A stretch of DNA of 64,000 nt from assembly GCA_030324005.1 (NCBI GenBank), contig JARDVH010000001.1, positions 109,717,555-109,781,554 of the forward strand, given 5' to 3'. Below are positions 1 through 12,550 of this stretch, piece by piece. The position numbers and the translations under genes were made by a program. Source of the DNA: Negaprion brevirostris (taxonomy: Eukaryota). Numbering within the stretch: the stretch's first letter is position 1; every line of letters starts with the position of its first letter. The notes beneath the pieces are model-generated. The model had not been told where the DNA came from, made no database searches, and saw nothing but the letters and a program-made list of their open reading frames with translations.

Positions 1-1015
1 TTGTATGAACGATACTGAAACTAATTTGCTTCATCTTAACTTGGACAAGTCGCATGAGGCACCTTTTGAGGAAGTCATTACATAACATTCAGTCTTTGCA
101 TCAGCCACACCAAAATTTCAAATATAATTACACTCCAAAATAATACATTTCATTTGTTTATAAGGGATGAATTTGGACACAAGATGCGAAGGAGTAACAT
201 TGCATGGTCAATTCTTATACACTACATTCAATACTCACTTCCGCTGGCTTCAATAGAACTGAACATCAGGGTTGTTGTAAAACAGATTCAGACTGTTTAG
301 CATCCCTGTCAATGTATGTTAATTTGCTGTTATTCAAAGCACAATAAGCAACACATTGGCATATACCTTCAAATTATTTCCCGAAGTTTTATTATATTGC
401 AGTGAATTATTTACCCATTGTGTGTATATCTGTCACTTTTCATTCTTCTTCCTCAGTTTTTCACTCACTCCTGAAATTTGTCATCCAGTTACACTATTTA
501 TGAACTCCTGAGACATAACAAAGAAGTCATTCCCAAAGATTTGCAATGGTCTAGAAATGCAATGAATTTTGGAGACTGCTTTACTGCCATGCAACTGCTT
601 TGATAGACACATACTTGTTTGTTTTAGATTCTCCATGCTTTAAATTACCATTATAGTCCTTCCGTTTTCTGTTTTGATGTTCACAATGTGACCTTCACAA
701 TCTTTTATATTTCATACAAAATTCTGTTAGGATTCTTGTTCATGTAGTTAGCATTTACTCTGCGAATACCATATTTGATTAAAAATGCAATTCTGTCTAG
801 ATTGGAAGAGGATCACTCTTTATAAATTTAATGCCAGTCATAGAATGGTAATTAAATACCGTTCTGAATTTAATGGCCACCACAGTGGCCCTGTTAACTG
901 ATCAGAAAGCCAATGGTAACCCTGCTGCAGCCAATCCTGGAAGCCCCCATGGGGTGAAATGTCAATCAGGCAGTTACCTACCTGCTGAGAGGGCTTCCAT
1001 ACCTTTAAAGGCAAT

Positions 1016-1142
1016 GGGTGGGATTTTCTGGCCTCGCTTACCCCAAAGCTGGAAAATCATGCTCGAGGTCAATGGATCTGTGCGTGGTGCGTGACCCGCC
1101 TGCTACGATTCCTGTGGCGGGCAGGACGGGAAAATTCCACCC
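1016..1142. mobile_element. 127-bp MITE, PIF/Harbinger-like
   Basis: Terminal inverted repeats (TIRs) GGGTGGGATTTTC / GAAAATTCCACCC; AAT on both flanks (1013-1015 and 1143-1145). Confidence 0.75.
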
Positions 1143-1164
1143 AATGAGTTCACCCTCAAGGGCT

Positions 1165-1403
1165 ATCTTTTGTCTTGATTTCTGAAAATTACAATCAAGT
1201 TATATAGCTTACCTTCTTAATTTCTCATCTTGTGTCTCCTCACAATTTAACCTTTAGGATCAGGAATCATTTTAGTAAATCTATGCTGCACTCCCTGCAA
1301 GGCCTTCTGAAGGTGTTGTGCACAGAACTGTTTACAATATTTTAGGTGTAATGTAACTAGAGTCTGTATAGCTGAAACATGACTTCCACTACCTTGTGCT
1401 CTT
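1165..1403 (-). mobile_element. CR1/HER1-like LINE 3' fragment, decayed
   Basis: Resembles the antisense ORF2 C-terminal region of other CR1 copies in the window. Confidence 0.55.
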
Positions 1404-1447
1404 CTTGACAAGAGCATAATTTTCTCTTGCTTTTCATGCCATTTTTC

Positions 1448-1452
1448 AAAAA
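1448..1452 (-). terminator. RNA Pol III terminator (T5) of tRNA-Cys
   Basis: TTTTT on the minus strand 2 nt after the tRNA 3' end. Confidence 0.85.
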
Positions 1453-1454
1453 TG

Positions 1455-1526
1455 AGGGGGCACCTGGATTTGAACCAGGGACCTCTTGATCTGCAGTCAA
1501 ATGCTCTACCACTGAGCTATACCCCC
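1455..1526 (-). tRNA. tRNA-Cys-GCA: tRNA-Cys (anticodon GCA), 72 nt, intronless
   Basis: Reverse complement GGGGGTATAGCTCAGTGGTAGAGCATTTGACTGCAGATCAAGAGGTCCCTGGTTCAAATCCAGGTGCCCCCT; canonical cloverleaf with intact A and B boxes. Confidence 0.98.
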
Positions 1527-2254
1527 TACTGGCAAGAGCTAGGATTATGGGACTCTTACAAAATATAGCTTTCTCATGTGCAACATCTTTGGCACTTTTA
1601 CTCGATAAAAAGACATTTCTCGTAAAAATTTTAGCATTTTTTCTGAAATATTTTTGAAATAAAAATTACAGGGACTTTTTTTCTCCTTTAACCCCTTCAA
1701 GTAAGTCTGTTTTACTGTGCCTCAATTTGTTTTCTATTTCAGGTAATATAGGATATTATTACATCATAATTGTTTCTACAGTGGGCAAGGGGGATGCAGG
1801 AGGACATGGAAAGGCCTAGGGTACTTTGAAGCGACGTAGGGACATGGAATGGGAATGGAAGGCATGGAGGGACATGGTGGTTTCATGGAGTGCATGGGTA
1901 AGACTTTTTAAATGTACCTTTCAAAAGGTTTCCAAATTCAGACTGTTGTTAATGACTTGTTGTTAATGCCATGAACCAGGATTCCTTAAGAAACTGGCTG
2001 GACTCCACATAAATTGTAGGGGGGGAATGGGGGTCTGGGGTATCAGATATCTACCCTCTCAATGTGACCGGTGTGTTCAGGAGTCAGGTTGCAGACTTTC
2101 TTCTCACACCCTTATCCCACATTGGAGAAAACGCCAGGGATTGAAGAGGGAATCAGCATGTGCCTGCCCTTTCTGAAGACTCCTGGATTTGATCCCACTC
2201 AGCAAAAATAAGGTCCTGAGTCAAACCAAGAGGTAAAAACAGCAAATACTTGAA

Positions 2255-3190
2255 CATCAGAAATAAAACTAATAGGCTATTTAGCCTATTTTAAGTTTGA
2301 TCTGCTTTTAAATTATATCATGGCTGATCATCAACCTCAGCTTCACCTTGTCATTGTAAATTTTGGCCCAATCCGCTCAAACTCTCTTTATGGAAAAATA
2401 TTCTCTTCCCAGAAACTAGTCCATTGAATTTTCATTGTACTCTTTATAAGGCAAGTATATCCTTCCTTAGATGAGGAGACCAAAACAGTAAACAAACCCT
2501 CTAGGTGTAGTCTCAACAGGCTGTAATTCCAGTCATGTTTCTTTGCATTATACATAAAATTTGTATTAAAGGCTAACATACTATATGACTTCCTAATAGC
2601 TGACTCTTTCTGCATGTAAACTTTCTGTGATTCATATACAAAAGCCCCATGCCCCTCTGATTGCAAATATTCCCAGTCCCTGACCATTTAAGAAAAATGC
2701 TGCTTTTCCAACAAAAGTGTGCCTTCATTTTTCTCCCATATTGTACTACATGTGCCATTTTCTTGTCTGCTCACTTAACCTGCCAAAATCCTTTTGCAGT
2801 CTCTTTTCATTTTCCTCACAGCTTACTGTCTCATCTAGCTTCATAGCATCAACAAACTTGGATAATTACACCCAGTTCCTCATCTATACATTGATACATA
2901 TACAGTATATATATTTTAAATCCAAGCACTGATCTATGTCATATTCCACTATTTACAGGATGCCAACCAGAAAGTTACCCGTTTATTCCAACAGTGTTTT
3001 TCTGTCCTTTAACCAATCCTTAATCCCAGCTTGTATATTACCCTCAAGTCCCATGAGACTTAATGTTGTATTATAATCTTCTGTATTGTACCTTTGATAA
3101 TCATAATACATTGCATCAACCTGTCAGTTATGAATTCAAATAGCTCTAAAAGTATTGTCAAACAATATTTCCTTTTTGTAAAACTGTATC
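2255..3190 (-). mobile_element. CR1/HER1-like LINE, RT C-terminus and 3' end, decayed
   Basis: ORF 2388-2687 reads VYESQKVYMQKESAIRKSYSMLAF...LLRLHLE, matching CR1 ORF2 VHESQKVSMQVQQAIRKANGMLAF...LVRPHLE. Confidence 0.8.
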
Positions 3191-4023
3191 TCAGCCTCAA
3201 TGAGAATCACATTACTATTTATATTCTCTTGGTTTTGAATAAATAACCGACATTACCTATTTACCAATCCTTGTTGTATATTTATAGTATATTTATGACG
3301 AATAAAATAATGGAAGTGATGGCAGCATGATTATTGAAGATTTGAATGAGAAGCATACAAATTTCAACTCTTTCACATCTAGCAATAGAATGGGTGTGGA
3401 AGGGAAATAACTATAAAGTATTCACTGTGTTAAATGATTCAGAAGCATGTCTGAATCATCTACAGTATACCTTCATTCTGAGACATTGCACCTCACTGCA
3501 GGCAGCATGCTCCAGCTCCTGGAAAAACTGTTTAACTCAGGAAAGTAGTTTAAACCTTTCTGTTTCACAGTTGTGCGACAACTGACATTAAATAGCTGAA
3601 CGCAGCAGCTCAAACTTTAAGCAGAATTCATAACTGCTTCAAAACTTCTCTTTAGGAGGTTGGAAGGAGATTAAATATTGCACACGGGGCGAGGGAAGGG
3701 AAGTCCATCCAATAACAGCTTCCTTCAGGTTTTAACAGCTTGAAGAAAGCTATATTGTTTTTTCTCTGTTTAATTCTATCTGTCAAGTTGTCAGTCCCTT
3801 TTCTTGCCAAAGTCACTGTTCTATAGCTAGAGCTTAAGCTACTCCTAAGAAAGTGGAAAAATCTCAACAGTGCTAGCATTGCAGTCAAGCAACAATCTAT
3901 GACCAGCTATGGCTTTGGTCATTTAAGGTACCAGAACTCAGGGAGCCAAACCAAGGGCTGCGAAATGACAGAAAAGATATCCCTGTTCGAGATAATCTTA
4001 ATAATCCTGTGCAAAGCTACAGG

Positions 4024-4643
4024 ATGACTAAAACATTTCCAATATTCAAGGCAACAGACCTCCTGTCTGAAGTTACTTTTTTCTGACAGTGCGCAGAGCT
4101 GTTTTATTTACTCAATATTCCTGACCCAGTTAAACATGCCATTAGGATTAAAATTTCAAAAGGAAAAGAAGGCCTCCGCAGACAGAACACTTCAGGTCTG
4201 TCAGACAATGACCTTAAAAATCCAGATAAAATATGGTCAACACTCAAAGATCAATTAAGAATGAAGTTCGACTTCCAAATACGTTGTCTGAAATTCATAT
4301 CTTTTAGGCAGCAACTGACAGAGATCATTGACCAATTCATATGTAGGTGCAAAGATAATGACTGTGATTGTAACTTTACAGCATCAGATTTGACTGGCAA
4401 AATAATGGTCGCATCTGCCGCAACAGAAGAATTCCAAAATGACCTCTTGTACCAACCCAAAAGTTATAGTGTGGAAGAACAATTACTAATTGGATACAGG
4501 TATGAAGTCATACTAGTGGGTAGACAGAGTACACTGGCTATGTGACATGATAGGTAATACAGGCAAGTCGAGGAAGCAATATAGGCTATGCAGCTTCATA
4601 TATGCAGCCAGAAATTGCCCAACTTTTAACAACGTATGCATGG
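4024..4643 (+). pseudogene. Gypsy gag relic with decayed zinc knuckle
   Basis: From ATG 4024: ...KEGLRRQNTSGLSDNDLKNPDKIWSTLKDQL...FRQQLTEIIDQFICRCK...; internal stop; knuckle relic CSFIYAARNCPTFNNVC. Confidence 0.75.
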
Positions 4644-4835
4644 TGTTATAATCCAGGTCAGAATTCCAAGTATTTTATGATGTTAGCCTAGACCATAAGT
4701 TTTCAATTTGAGTTTGACTAGGGTAAGCATGAGATGTTTCACTTCAGGTATGATACAAATGACCTGCTAGGGAGCTTTTATAAACATAATTTATTTAAAA
4801 AAAGAAAGAAAATTACCAATAACTTTTACCAATTA
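4644..4835 (-). mobile_element. LTR end running into an assembly gap, inserted in the Gypsy relic
   Basis: Starts TGTTA; closely matches the reverse complement of the 3' end of LTR 34432-35243. Confidence 0.7.
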
Positions 4836-5761
4836 NNNNNNNNNNNNNNNNNNNNNNNNNNNNNNNNNNNNNNNNNNNNNNNNNNNNNNNNNNNNNNNNN
4901 NNNNNNNNNNNNNNNNNNNNNNNNNNNNNNNNNNNNNNNNNNNNNNNNNNNNNNNNNNNNNNNNNNNNNNNNNNNNNNNNNNNNNNNNNNNNNNNNNNNN
5001 NNNNNNNNNNNNNNNNNNNNNNNNNNNNNNNNNNNNNNNNNNNNNNNNNNNNNNNNNNNNNNNNNNNNNNNNNNNNNNNNNNNNNNNNNNNNNNNNNNNN
5101 NNNNNNNNNNNNNNNNNNNNNNNNNNNNNNNNNNNNNNNNNNNNNNNNNNNNNNNNNNNNNNNNNNNNNNNNNNNNNNNNNNNNNNNNNNNNNNNNNNNN
5201 NNNNNNNNNNNNNNNNNNNNNNNNNNNNNNNNNNNNNNNNNNNNNNNNNNNNNNNNNNNNNNNNNNNNNNNNNNNNNNNNNNNNNNNNNNNNNNNNNNNN
5301 NNNNNNNNNNNNNNNNNNNNNNNNNNNNNNNNNNNNNNNNNNNNNNNNNNNNNNNNNNNNNNNNNNNNNNNNNNNNNNNNNNNNNNNNNNNNNNNNNNNN
5401 NNNNNNNNNNNNNNNNNNNNNNNNNNNNNNNNNNNNNNNNNNNNNNNNNNNNNNNNNNNNNNNNNNNNNNNNNNNNNNNNNNNNNNNNNNNNNNNNNNNN
5501 NNNNNNNNNNNNNNNNNNNNNNNNNNNNNNNNNNNNNNNNNNNNNNNNNNNNNNNNNNNNNNNNNNNNNNNNNNNNNNNNNNNNNNNNNNNNNNNNNNNN
5601 NNNNNNNNNNNNNNNNNNNNNNNNNNNNNNNNNNNNNNNNNNNNNNNNNNNNNNNNNNNNNNNNNNNNNNNNNNNNNNNNNNNNNNNNNNNNNNNNNNNN
5701 NNNNNNNNNNNNNNNNNNNNNNNNNNNNNNNNNNNNNNNNNNNNAATGTAATAGCACAATG

Positions 5762-6045
5762 GTACCATCAGAAGCCTTTGTCACCTTCCAGATTATATTC
5801 CCACAATGCAGGGGCAGCAAAGATTGTATGCAAATCTGGACACCTGTGCAGATGCAACCATTCTTCCACTTTGTGGAAGTGGCAAGTAATGGTTCAACCA
5901 ACCACTGCCAAACTCACCACATAAAATGGTGTAGAGATTCAGTCCCTGGGATCCATAACAATCAAATGTTGCTACAGCAACTCACACAGGTCAGCCTAGA
6001 TATTTTACATTATGGGCATCAATGGTTACAAGATTATTAGCATGA
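5762..6045 (+). pseudogene. Gypsy aspartic protease relic, continuation of the 4024 gag
   Basis: SEAFVTFQII...LYANLDTCADATILPL...VQPTTAKLTT; decayed DTGA active site with frameshifts. Confidence 0.7.
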
Positions 6046-6139
6046 AGGGACCAGTGTTTAGTCGCCAACAGTGGTATTGTCAAAATAATGGCAAGGACCC
6101 CAGACTACAAGGAGCACCATTAGAAACTACATGCTTACA

Positions 6140-6212
6140 ATCATCCAGACTCAAAGAATGAACTCTGTTCTCTCTCCACAGATTTTGAGATATTCCAGCA
6201 TTTTCTGTTTTA
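6140..6212 (+). repeat. Short Penelope-type terminal repeat fragment
   Basis: TCATCCAGACTC...AACTCTGTTCTCTCTCCACAGA...TCCAGCATTTTCTGTTTT; same family as 16576, 44626 and 50876. Confidence 0.55.
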
Positions 6213-6224
6213 TGAGAAAGTTAA

Positions 6225-8290
6225 GGCAGTGGATGCAACACCAATCAAATGGGTTTTTTTCTTTTGGATGGTGCTGAGCTTCTTAAGTGTTGTTGGAGCT
6301 GCGCTCATCCACACGGGTGGAGAATATATCAGCAAATGACATGGATTTTGATTTGATTTTGATTTATTATTGTCACATGTATTAGTATACAGTGAAAAGT
6401 ATTGTTTCTTGCACACTATGCAGACTAAGCATACAGTACTTAGAGAAGGAAAGGGGAGAATGCAGAATGTGGTGTTAGTTATAGCTAGGATGTAGAGAAA
6501 GGTCAACTTAATGCGAGGTAGGTCAATTCAAAAGTTTGATGGCAGCAGGGAAGAAGCTGTCCTTGAGTCAGTTGGTACGTGTCCTCAGACTTTTGTATCT
6601 TTTTTCCCATGGAAAAAATGGAAGAGACAATGTCTGGGGTGCATGGAGTCCTTTATAAGGCTGACTGCTTTTCTGAAGCAGTAGGAAATGTAGACAGTGT
6701 CAATGGATAAGAGGTTTGTTTGCATGATGGACTGGGCTTCATTCATGACTCTGTAGTTTCTTGTGCTCTTGGACAGAGCAGGAGTCATACAAAGCTGTGA
6801 TACAACCAGAAAGAATGCTTTCCATGATGTATCTGTAAACATTCAAAATGTTTTGGAGTGTCATAGTGGACATGCCATTCCCAAGAAAGGAGAGGCACTG
6901 GTGGGCTTTCTTAACTATAGCATCAGCATAGAGAGACCAAGATAGGTTGTTGGTGACCTGGACACTTAGAATCATAAAGCCCCCGACTGTTTCCACTTGG
7001 ACCCCCTTGGGAGCAGGTCCTCCACTAAGCTTCCTGACATCAATGACTATCTTCTTTGTTTTTTTGACAACAAGGGAGAGATTATTGTGGTCGCATCAGT
7101 TCACCAGGTTCTCTATCTCTTTCCTGTACTCTGTCTCATCATTGTTTGAGATCCAACCCACTACAGTGGTATCATCAGCAAACTTGAAAATCGAGTTGGA
7201 AGGGAATTTGGCCATACAGTCATCAATGTATAAGGGGTATAGTAAGGGGCCAAGGACACAGCCTTGTGGGGCACCAGTGTTGAGGATAGTATTGGAGGAG
7301 GCGTTGTTATCTACCCTTATTGAATGTGGTCTGTGTATAGGAAGTTTAGGATCCAGTCATAGAAGGAGGTCCCGAGCCCTAGGCCATGGAGTTTGGAGAT
7401 GAGTTTCATAGGAATAGTGGTGTTGAAGGCTGAGCTGTCACCAATAAATAGGAATCTGACATAGACATCTTTGTTATCTAGGTGTTCCACGGTTGAGCGT
7501 AGGGCCAGATAGGTGGCGTTTACTGTAGACCTGTTGCAGCAGTAGGCAAACTGTAGTGGAACCACACAATCTAGAGGCTGGAAGTGATTCATGCCATGAC
7601 TAACCTTCCAAAGCACTTCATAATGATGGATGTCAGAGGCACCGGATGATAGTCATTAAGGCACACTGCCTGGCTTTCTGGTAATGGTAGAAATGTTTTG
7701 GTGTGTCAGGAAGTGAGTTAGTCACCACAGAATTCCCAGCCTCAGGCCGGTTGTTGTAGTTACAGTTCCTGGTCAGTAGTAACCACCAGAATATTAATGT
7801 TGGAGGATTCAGACATAGTAATACTTTGAATAAATCAATGCATATCAAGAGGAGACGAGTGGTACTGAACATTGCAATCATCAGTGAACATCTCCACTTC
7901 TGATATTATAATGGATGGAAGGTAACTGATGAAGCAATTGAAGATCGTTGGGCCTAGGTGACTGCCATGAGAAACTCCTGTAACATTCTCCTTGTGCTTC
8001 CAACATTCACAACCAATTTTCTTTGTGCTAGCTATGAATGCAGCTACTGGAGATTACTCTTCCAATTCTCTATTTTGCTAGGCCCCTTGCTGCCACAATT
8101 GATCAAATGCTGCCTTGTTGCCAAGGACGCCTTCACATCACCATGTTGAGGCAGTTCACCCTGTATGGTCAGGCTGTTGCATCCTTCAAGTTGAAGCACT
8201 CTGTCAATCCCCTCTGTTCCATGAAGCAGCATGTGACTGGGGCAAATGAGTTGCTATGATCCTGTTGTTGCCTCCAGTGTTGTGATTGTT
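6225..8290 (-). mobile_element. CR1-group LINE (family B) relic interrupted by a Rex1/Babar insertion
   Basis: YSPPVWMSAAPTTLKKLSTIQ at 6250-6340; homology to the 11775-12550 copy resumes at about 7695. Confidence 0.65.
6343..7690 (-). mobile_element. Rex1/Babar LINE, 5'-truncated
   Basis: [50 protein letters not shown]...; (TCAAA)n tail at 6343-6365. Confidence 0.88.
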
Positions 8291-8725
8291 GCTGGTGTGG
8301 CAGATCCTGTTGTCACACCTCAGAGGTCCGGGCCACTGCTGCATCGGTAGTTCTTCCACTGCAATGAAGGCAGACAACAAGTTGAAGTTGAAACACAGAT
8401 ATGCACACTTCAAGGCATTTGAAAGTAACTTCGAAAAGTTGAAATCGACACTTGAAGTAATGATTTCAGATTGTCAGAATTATCCTCAAAATACAAGCTT
8501 CACAATTCTGTTCTTTGAAACCTTCGCAACAAGTCAATCTCATTAAACAATGTATCCTCACTGTACTGTTGCCTTGTACACCCTGGGTGAGATGCACTTG
8601 GGGAATGCACAATCCAGAGTTAAAGTTACACATAATCAGATCTTTATATATTGTAATCAGTATCCTGATAACAGCATGGGAATTCCTCACTTGTAACTGA
8701 ACTCACCCAAAATAAACCCGGAAGT

Positions 8726-8821
8726 GGGTGGAATGTTGTCGGGCTCCTGACCCAACTCCACTTTTTGGGGATTTCACCCACATCCGTGCCTTCCCTCCGT
8801 TCGCTTGTTAGAACTCCACCC
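8726..8821. mobile_element. Short MITE-like element
   Basis: Ends GGGTGGA... / ...TCCACCC; no clean target-site duplication (TSD). Confidence 0.45.
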
Positions 8822-9085
8822 GTGAAGAGGATTTTCACCTTAACTGCCTGAGTATATTGCCTGAGTGAGTCCCAGAGAAGAAACCTGAATTCAGAGAACT
8901 ACACATCAGTTATGGAAGTATCAGGAAAATTGAATGGCGTATTTCACTGCATCAGATTCTCCCAGACTAACCTTCCTTTTTACACTGCTCGGCTAAAGCT
9001 TTATGCCCAGGTGGTAACGATGGAAATTTATCTCATGGCTTCAGGCAAATTTAAAAAACATGAGTTTACTGAAATTCTATACCTA

Positions 9086-9193
9086 CATCATTCACACTGA
9101 TTCAGTCTCCACTGTGCGGGATAGATATCATTAGTACACTAGATCTAATATTTAAGTTGTATCTTCAGGCATGTTTTGGTATTTTCACAAGAT
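9086..9193 (+). repeat. Direct repeat, copy 1 (~108 bp)
   Basis: Aligns with 9969-10077; shared AGTACACTAGATCTAATATTTA and AGTTGTATCTTCAGGCATGTTTTG. Confidence 0.9.
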
Positions 9194-9968
9194 AAATACA
9201 GATGAGCAAGGCAACTGGGGCCATCCTAGCTCATTTTTCCAGAACGATGCTTCCACAGTAACAAATTGTTTCCTAAATAGTACACCACTCGACTGGGAAT
9301 GTAAAAGTACGTCCTTTATAAATCAATGTAATTTATTGGAGATTTACCAGAAATAAAACCAGAAAATTAAAGCGGGATTTATACATCAGACTGAGATACA
9401 TATTGGCCCAGAATTTGCAGCAGACACAACACTGCACACCATCATTAAGGAATCAATCGGACAGCAACATCTCGTAACTGCACATGTTGGGAATGGGGAA
9501 GTTGTTCTCTGAATTGCCTGTTTCCACAGACATTTCATTATAACTGAAGCTCACCAAGAGGCTCAGCATTGAAATACTTGGATGGTGTGAAGTTGCTGTA
9601 CTTATATGACAGAATGAAACCAAACTCGCTGGAGTAAGTTAGGGCTTGTTCATTGCAGTGTAAACAATTTTTTACCTGCACAATAGTCTTAACTAAGTTA
9701 AATGGCCGCCCTGGAATGGAAAATGAATGTTTAAAATTTTGAGTCTAATTGCCTTAGAATTTAATATTGATGGAGATCTTATAAAATAAAATGTTCAAAC
9801 TTATTCAAATGTTTTTCAATCTCTTTTTATCTCCCTTTTAATCTTATATTTATTCCCCTTGCTTTATTTCACTTGCTGCAAGCAATCTGAATTCAATGTA
9901 CTAATCCAGTTCCTGGTTAAGTCTCTGCATACTTTGGGAGGCAGTGCTCATGATATACAACCTGTCCG

Positions 9969-10077
9969 CATCCATTCACATTGACTTATACTCCACTGTG
10001 TGGGTAGATATTATGAGTACACTAGATCTAATATTTACAGTTGTATCTTCAGGCATGTTTTGCTATTTTCACAAGAT
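9969..10077 (+). repeat. Direct repeat, copy 2
   Basis: Aligns with 9086-9193. Confidence 0.9.
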
Positions 10078-10230
10078 TAAGACTTATCTGGATAGCCACA
10101 TGAAAAGACTGGGAATGGAAGGATACAAACAAATGGTCTAGTTGGACGCATGAGCGGCGCAGGCTTGGAGGACCGAAGGGCCTGTTTCCTGTGCTGTATT
10201 GGATTGTTCTTTATTGTTCTTGTTCTTTAT
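10078..10230 (+). mobile_element. CR1 LINE extreme 3' end with (TTGTTCT)n tail
   Basis: GAAGGGCCTGTTTCCTGTGCTGTA plus tail; same family as 39586-39713 (-). Confidence 0.75.
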
Positions 10231-10349
10231 TGACACACAAATGTGTACTCACCTCATCTACATAACTGTAGCATGAGACAGAGTAGGTCCCGTGCTCATT
10301 CTTTAATCTTAACTCTCATGTGCGCATGTGCATTCCTGCTCTCTCTCAC

Positions 10350-10472
10350 GTGACAGAGAGAGCAGGAACGTGCACACAAGAGAGAGAGCAGGAGTACGTG
10401 CGCACAAGAGAGCAGGAATGCATGCGAGAGAGAGAGACAGAGAGCAGGAACGCATGCAGGTGAGAGAGAGCA
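10350..10472 (+). repeat. Imperfect minisatellite of GAGAGAGCAGGAACGTGCxC-type units
   Basis: Four to five recurring GAGAGCA(GGA) units separated by GA runs. Confidence 0.75.
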
Positions 10473-10509
10473 AAGCACTTATTCCCTCTGTGCAGGAATG
10501 TCGGTGCTT

Positions 10510-11365
10510 TGGATTTCGGAGCAGGAGTAGGCCAATTGGCCTTTCAAGCCTGTTCTAGCATTCAATAAGATTATGGCTAATCTAGTTATGGCCTTTGCTC
10601 TACTTTCCCGTTGGGGAAGGTTCACCTAACTCTAGACTCCTTTATCTACCAAAAATCTGTCTAACTCTATTTTAATGACACTGCCTCCACTGCTTTCTGG
10701 GAAAGAGAATTACACATTCTAAACATCCTGAAAGAGTCAACATTTCTGTTGCTTTCCGCCTTATTTTTAAACTGTTTTCCCTAGTTATAGTTTACTCCAT
10801 GAGTGGAAACATTCTATCATGTAGCCTAAGAATCTTATACATGTCAATAAGATTACCTCTCATTCTTCTAAACTCCAATGGGTATAGGCCCAACCTGTTC
10901 AACATTTCTTCATTAGGTCAGCCATGAGGGAAATTGAATGACATCTCTCACTGCATCAGATCCTCCCATTGACAAGCTACTTGCCTTCCTGACCACTTGC
11001 TATACCTACATACTGACATTTTGTGATGACATACCAAGATACTGAGATTCTACAATCTCTCTCCATTAATAAATGTATACTGCTTTTCTATTCTTCCTGC
11101 AACAAGTTCACATTTTCCCAACTTACACCGTATTTGTCAATTTTTTTGTCCACTTACTTAATCTGTCTATATTTTTTGAACCTTTGATGATTTTCTAACT
11201 CCTCTTGACTTCTTACTTTTCTACCAATCTTGGTGTCATTGGCAAATTTAGCTACCCTACATTTAGTCCCTTCATCTAAATTATTGATGTAGATTGTAAC
11301 TATTTGAGTCCACTGTACTGATCCCTGTGGCGCTCTATAATTTACAGCTTGCTAACCAAGAATGT
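10510..11365 (-). mobile_element. CR1/HER1-like LINE 3' region
   Basis: 3' end GGAGCAGGAGTAGGCC...; PQGSV motif near 11310-11335. Confidence 0.75.
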
Positions 11366-11774
11366 TTGTTTTTTAAATCACAATAGGCAGAATCCATACA
11401 GTCTAATGAAGGGAAAACTGTGTTTGATCAATACATGTAAGTTTCTTGTGACTGTAACTAATAGGTAAGTAAGGAGGAACAAACAGATATGGTATATTTG
11501 GATATTTAGGTTTCTATAAAGCACCGCTCATTAACATGCCCACAAAACAAAGACTCATGGGATGAGGGTAATCCATTAACATAGGTTGAAAATTGATTAA
11601 CAGATAAATTATAGGGAATAGAATAAGTGGGTCAATAGTTTGAATGGCAGACTATAACTGGTGAAGTGCTCCAAGGATCAATGCTTGAGCACAGATTTTT
11701 CCAATCAATATCAATAACTTGGATGAGGGGATAGAGTCTAATATGTACAGGCTTGGTGGTGATATAAAGCTTCT

Positions 11775-12550
11775 TGGGAGGTGGGCATCACTGCCTAGGC
11801 CGGCATTTATTGCCCTCCCTAATTGCCCTTGAGATGGCAGTGGTGAGTCTCTTTGAACTGCTTCAGTCCATGTGGTGTAGCCACACGCAAAGTGCTGAAA
11901 GGGAGGAAGTCCAGGATTTAAACCCAATTAGAATGAAGAAAAGTCAACATATTTCTGAGTCAGGATGGTGGGTGGTTTGGCAGGGAAATTGCACGTGGAG
12001 GTGTTTCCATATAGCTGCTACCCTTGTCCTTATAGATAGTAGTGTTTGTGAATTGAAAGATGCAATTAAAGAACCTTAGTGAGTTCCTACAGTGAATCTT
12101 GTAGATGGTACACACTGTTGCTTCTGTTCGTTGATGGTGAGGGAGTGAATGTTTGTGAATGTACCAATGAAGCAGGCTGCTTTGTTCTGGATGATACTGA
12201 GCTTCTTGAGTGTTGTTGGAGCTGCGCTCATTCAAGCAAGTGTAGAGTATTCCATCACACTCCTGACTTGTACCTTGTGGATGGTGAACAAGCTTTGGAA
12301 AGTCCAAAGGTGAGTTACTTGCTTCAGGATTCCTAGCTTATGACCTACTCTTATAGTTACATATTTTTATGTTAGTCCAGTTCAGTTTCTGGTTCATGGT
12401 AACGCCCAGGATGTTTATAGTAGGGGATTCAGCAATGGCAATGACATTGAATGTTAAGAGACAATGGTTAGATTCTCTCTTGTTGAAGATAGTCATTGCC
12501 TGGCACTTGTGTGGCACAAATGTTACATGCCACTTTTCAACCGAAGCCTG
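11775..12550 (-). mobile_element. CR1-group LINE family B, 3' portion
   Basis: QASVEKWHVTFVPHKCQAMTI...SPTINILGVT; 3' end GGGCAATAAATGCCGGCC. Confidence 0.8.

Noticed and set aside
4734-5924. Long ORFs crossing N runs (also at 14.5, 31.5, 35.8, 49.6, 54.3, 55.4 and 60.1 kb)
   Set aside because: Artefacts of translating assembly gaps
8717-8726. ETS site CCGGAAGT as a promoter
   Set aside because: Single site at a MITE edge; no CpG island or downstream gene
10350-10472. Repeat-spacer appearance suggesting a CRISPR array
   Set aside because: Low-complexity minisatellite in vertebrate DNA with no unique spacers or cas genes
10510-11772. Opposite-strand CR1 pieces as a twin-priming inversion
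   Set aside because: The pieces cover overlapping RT regions, so they are separate insertions
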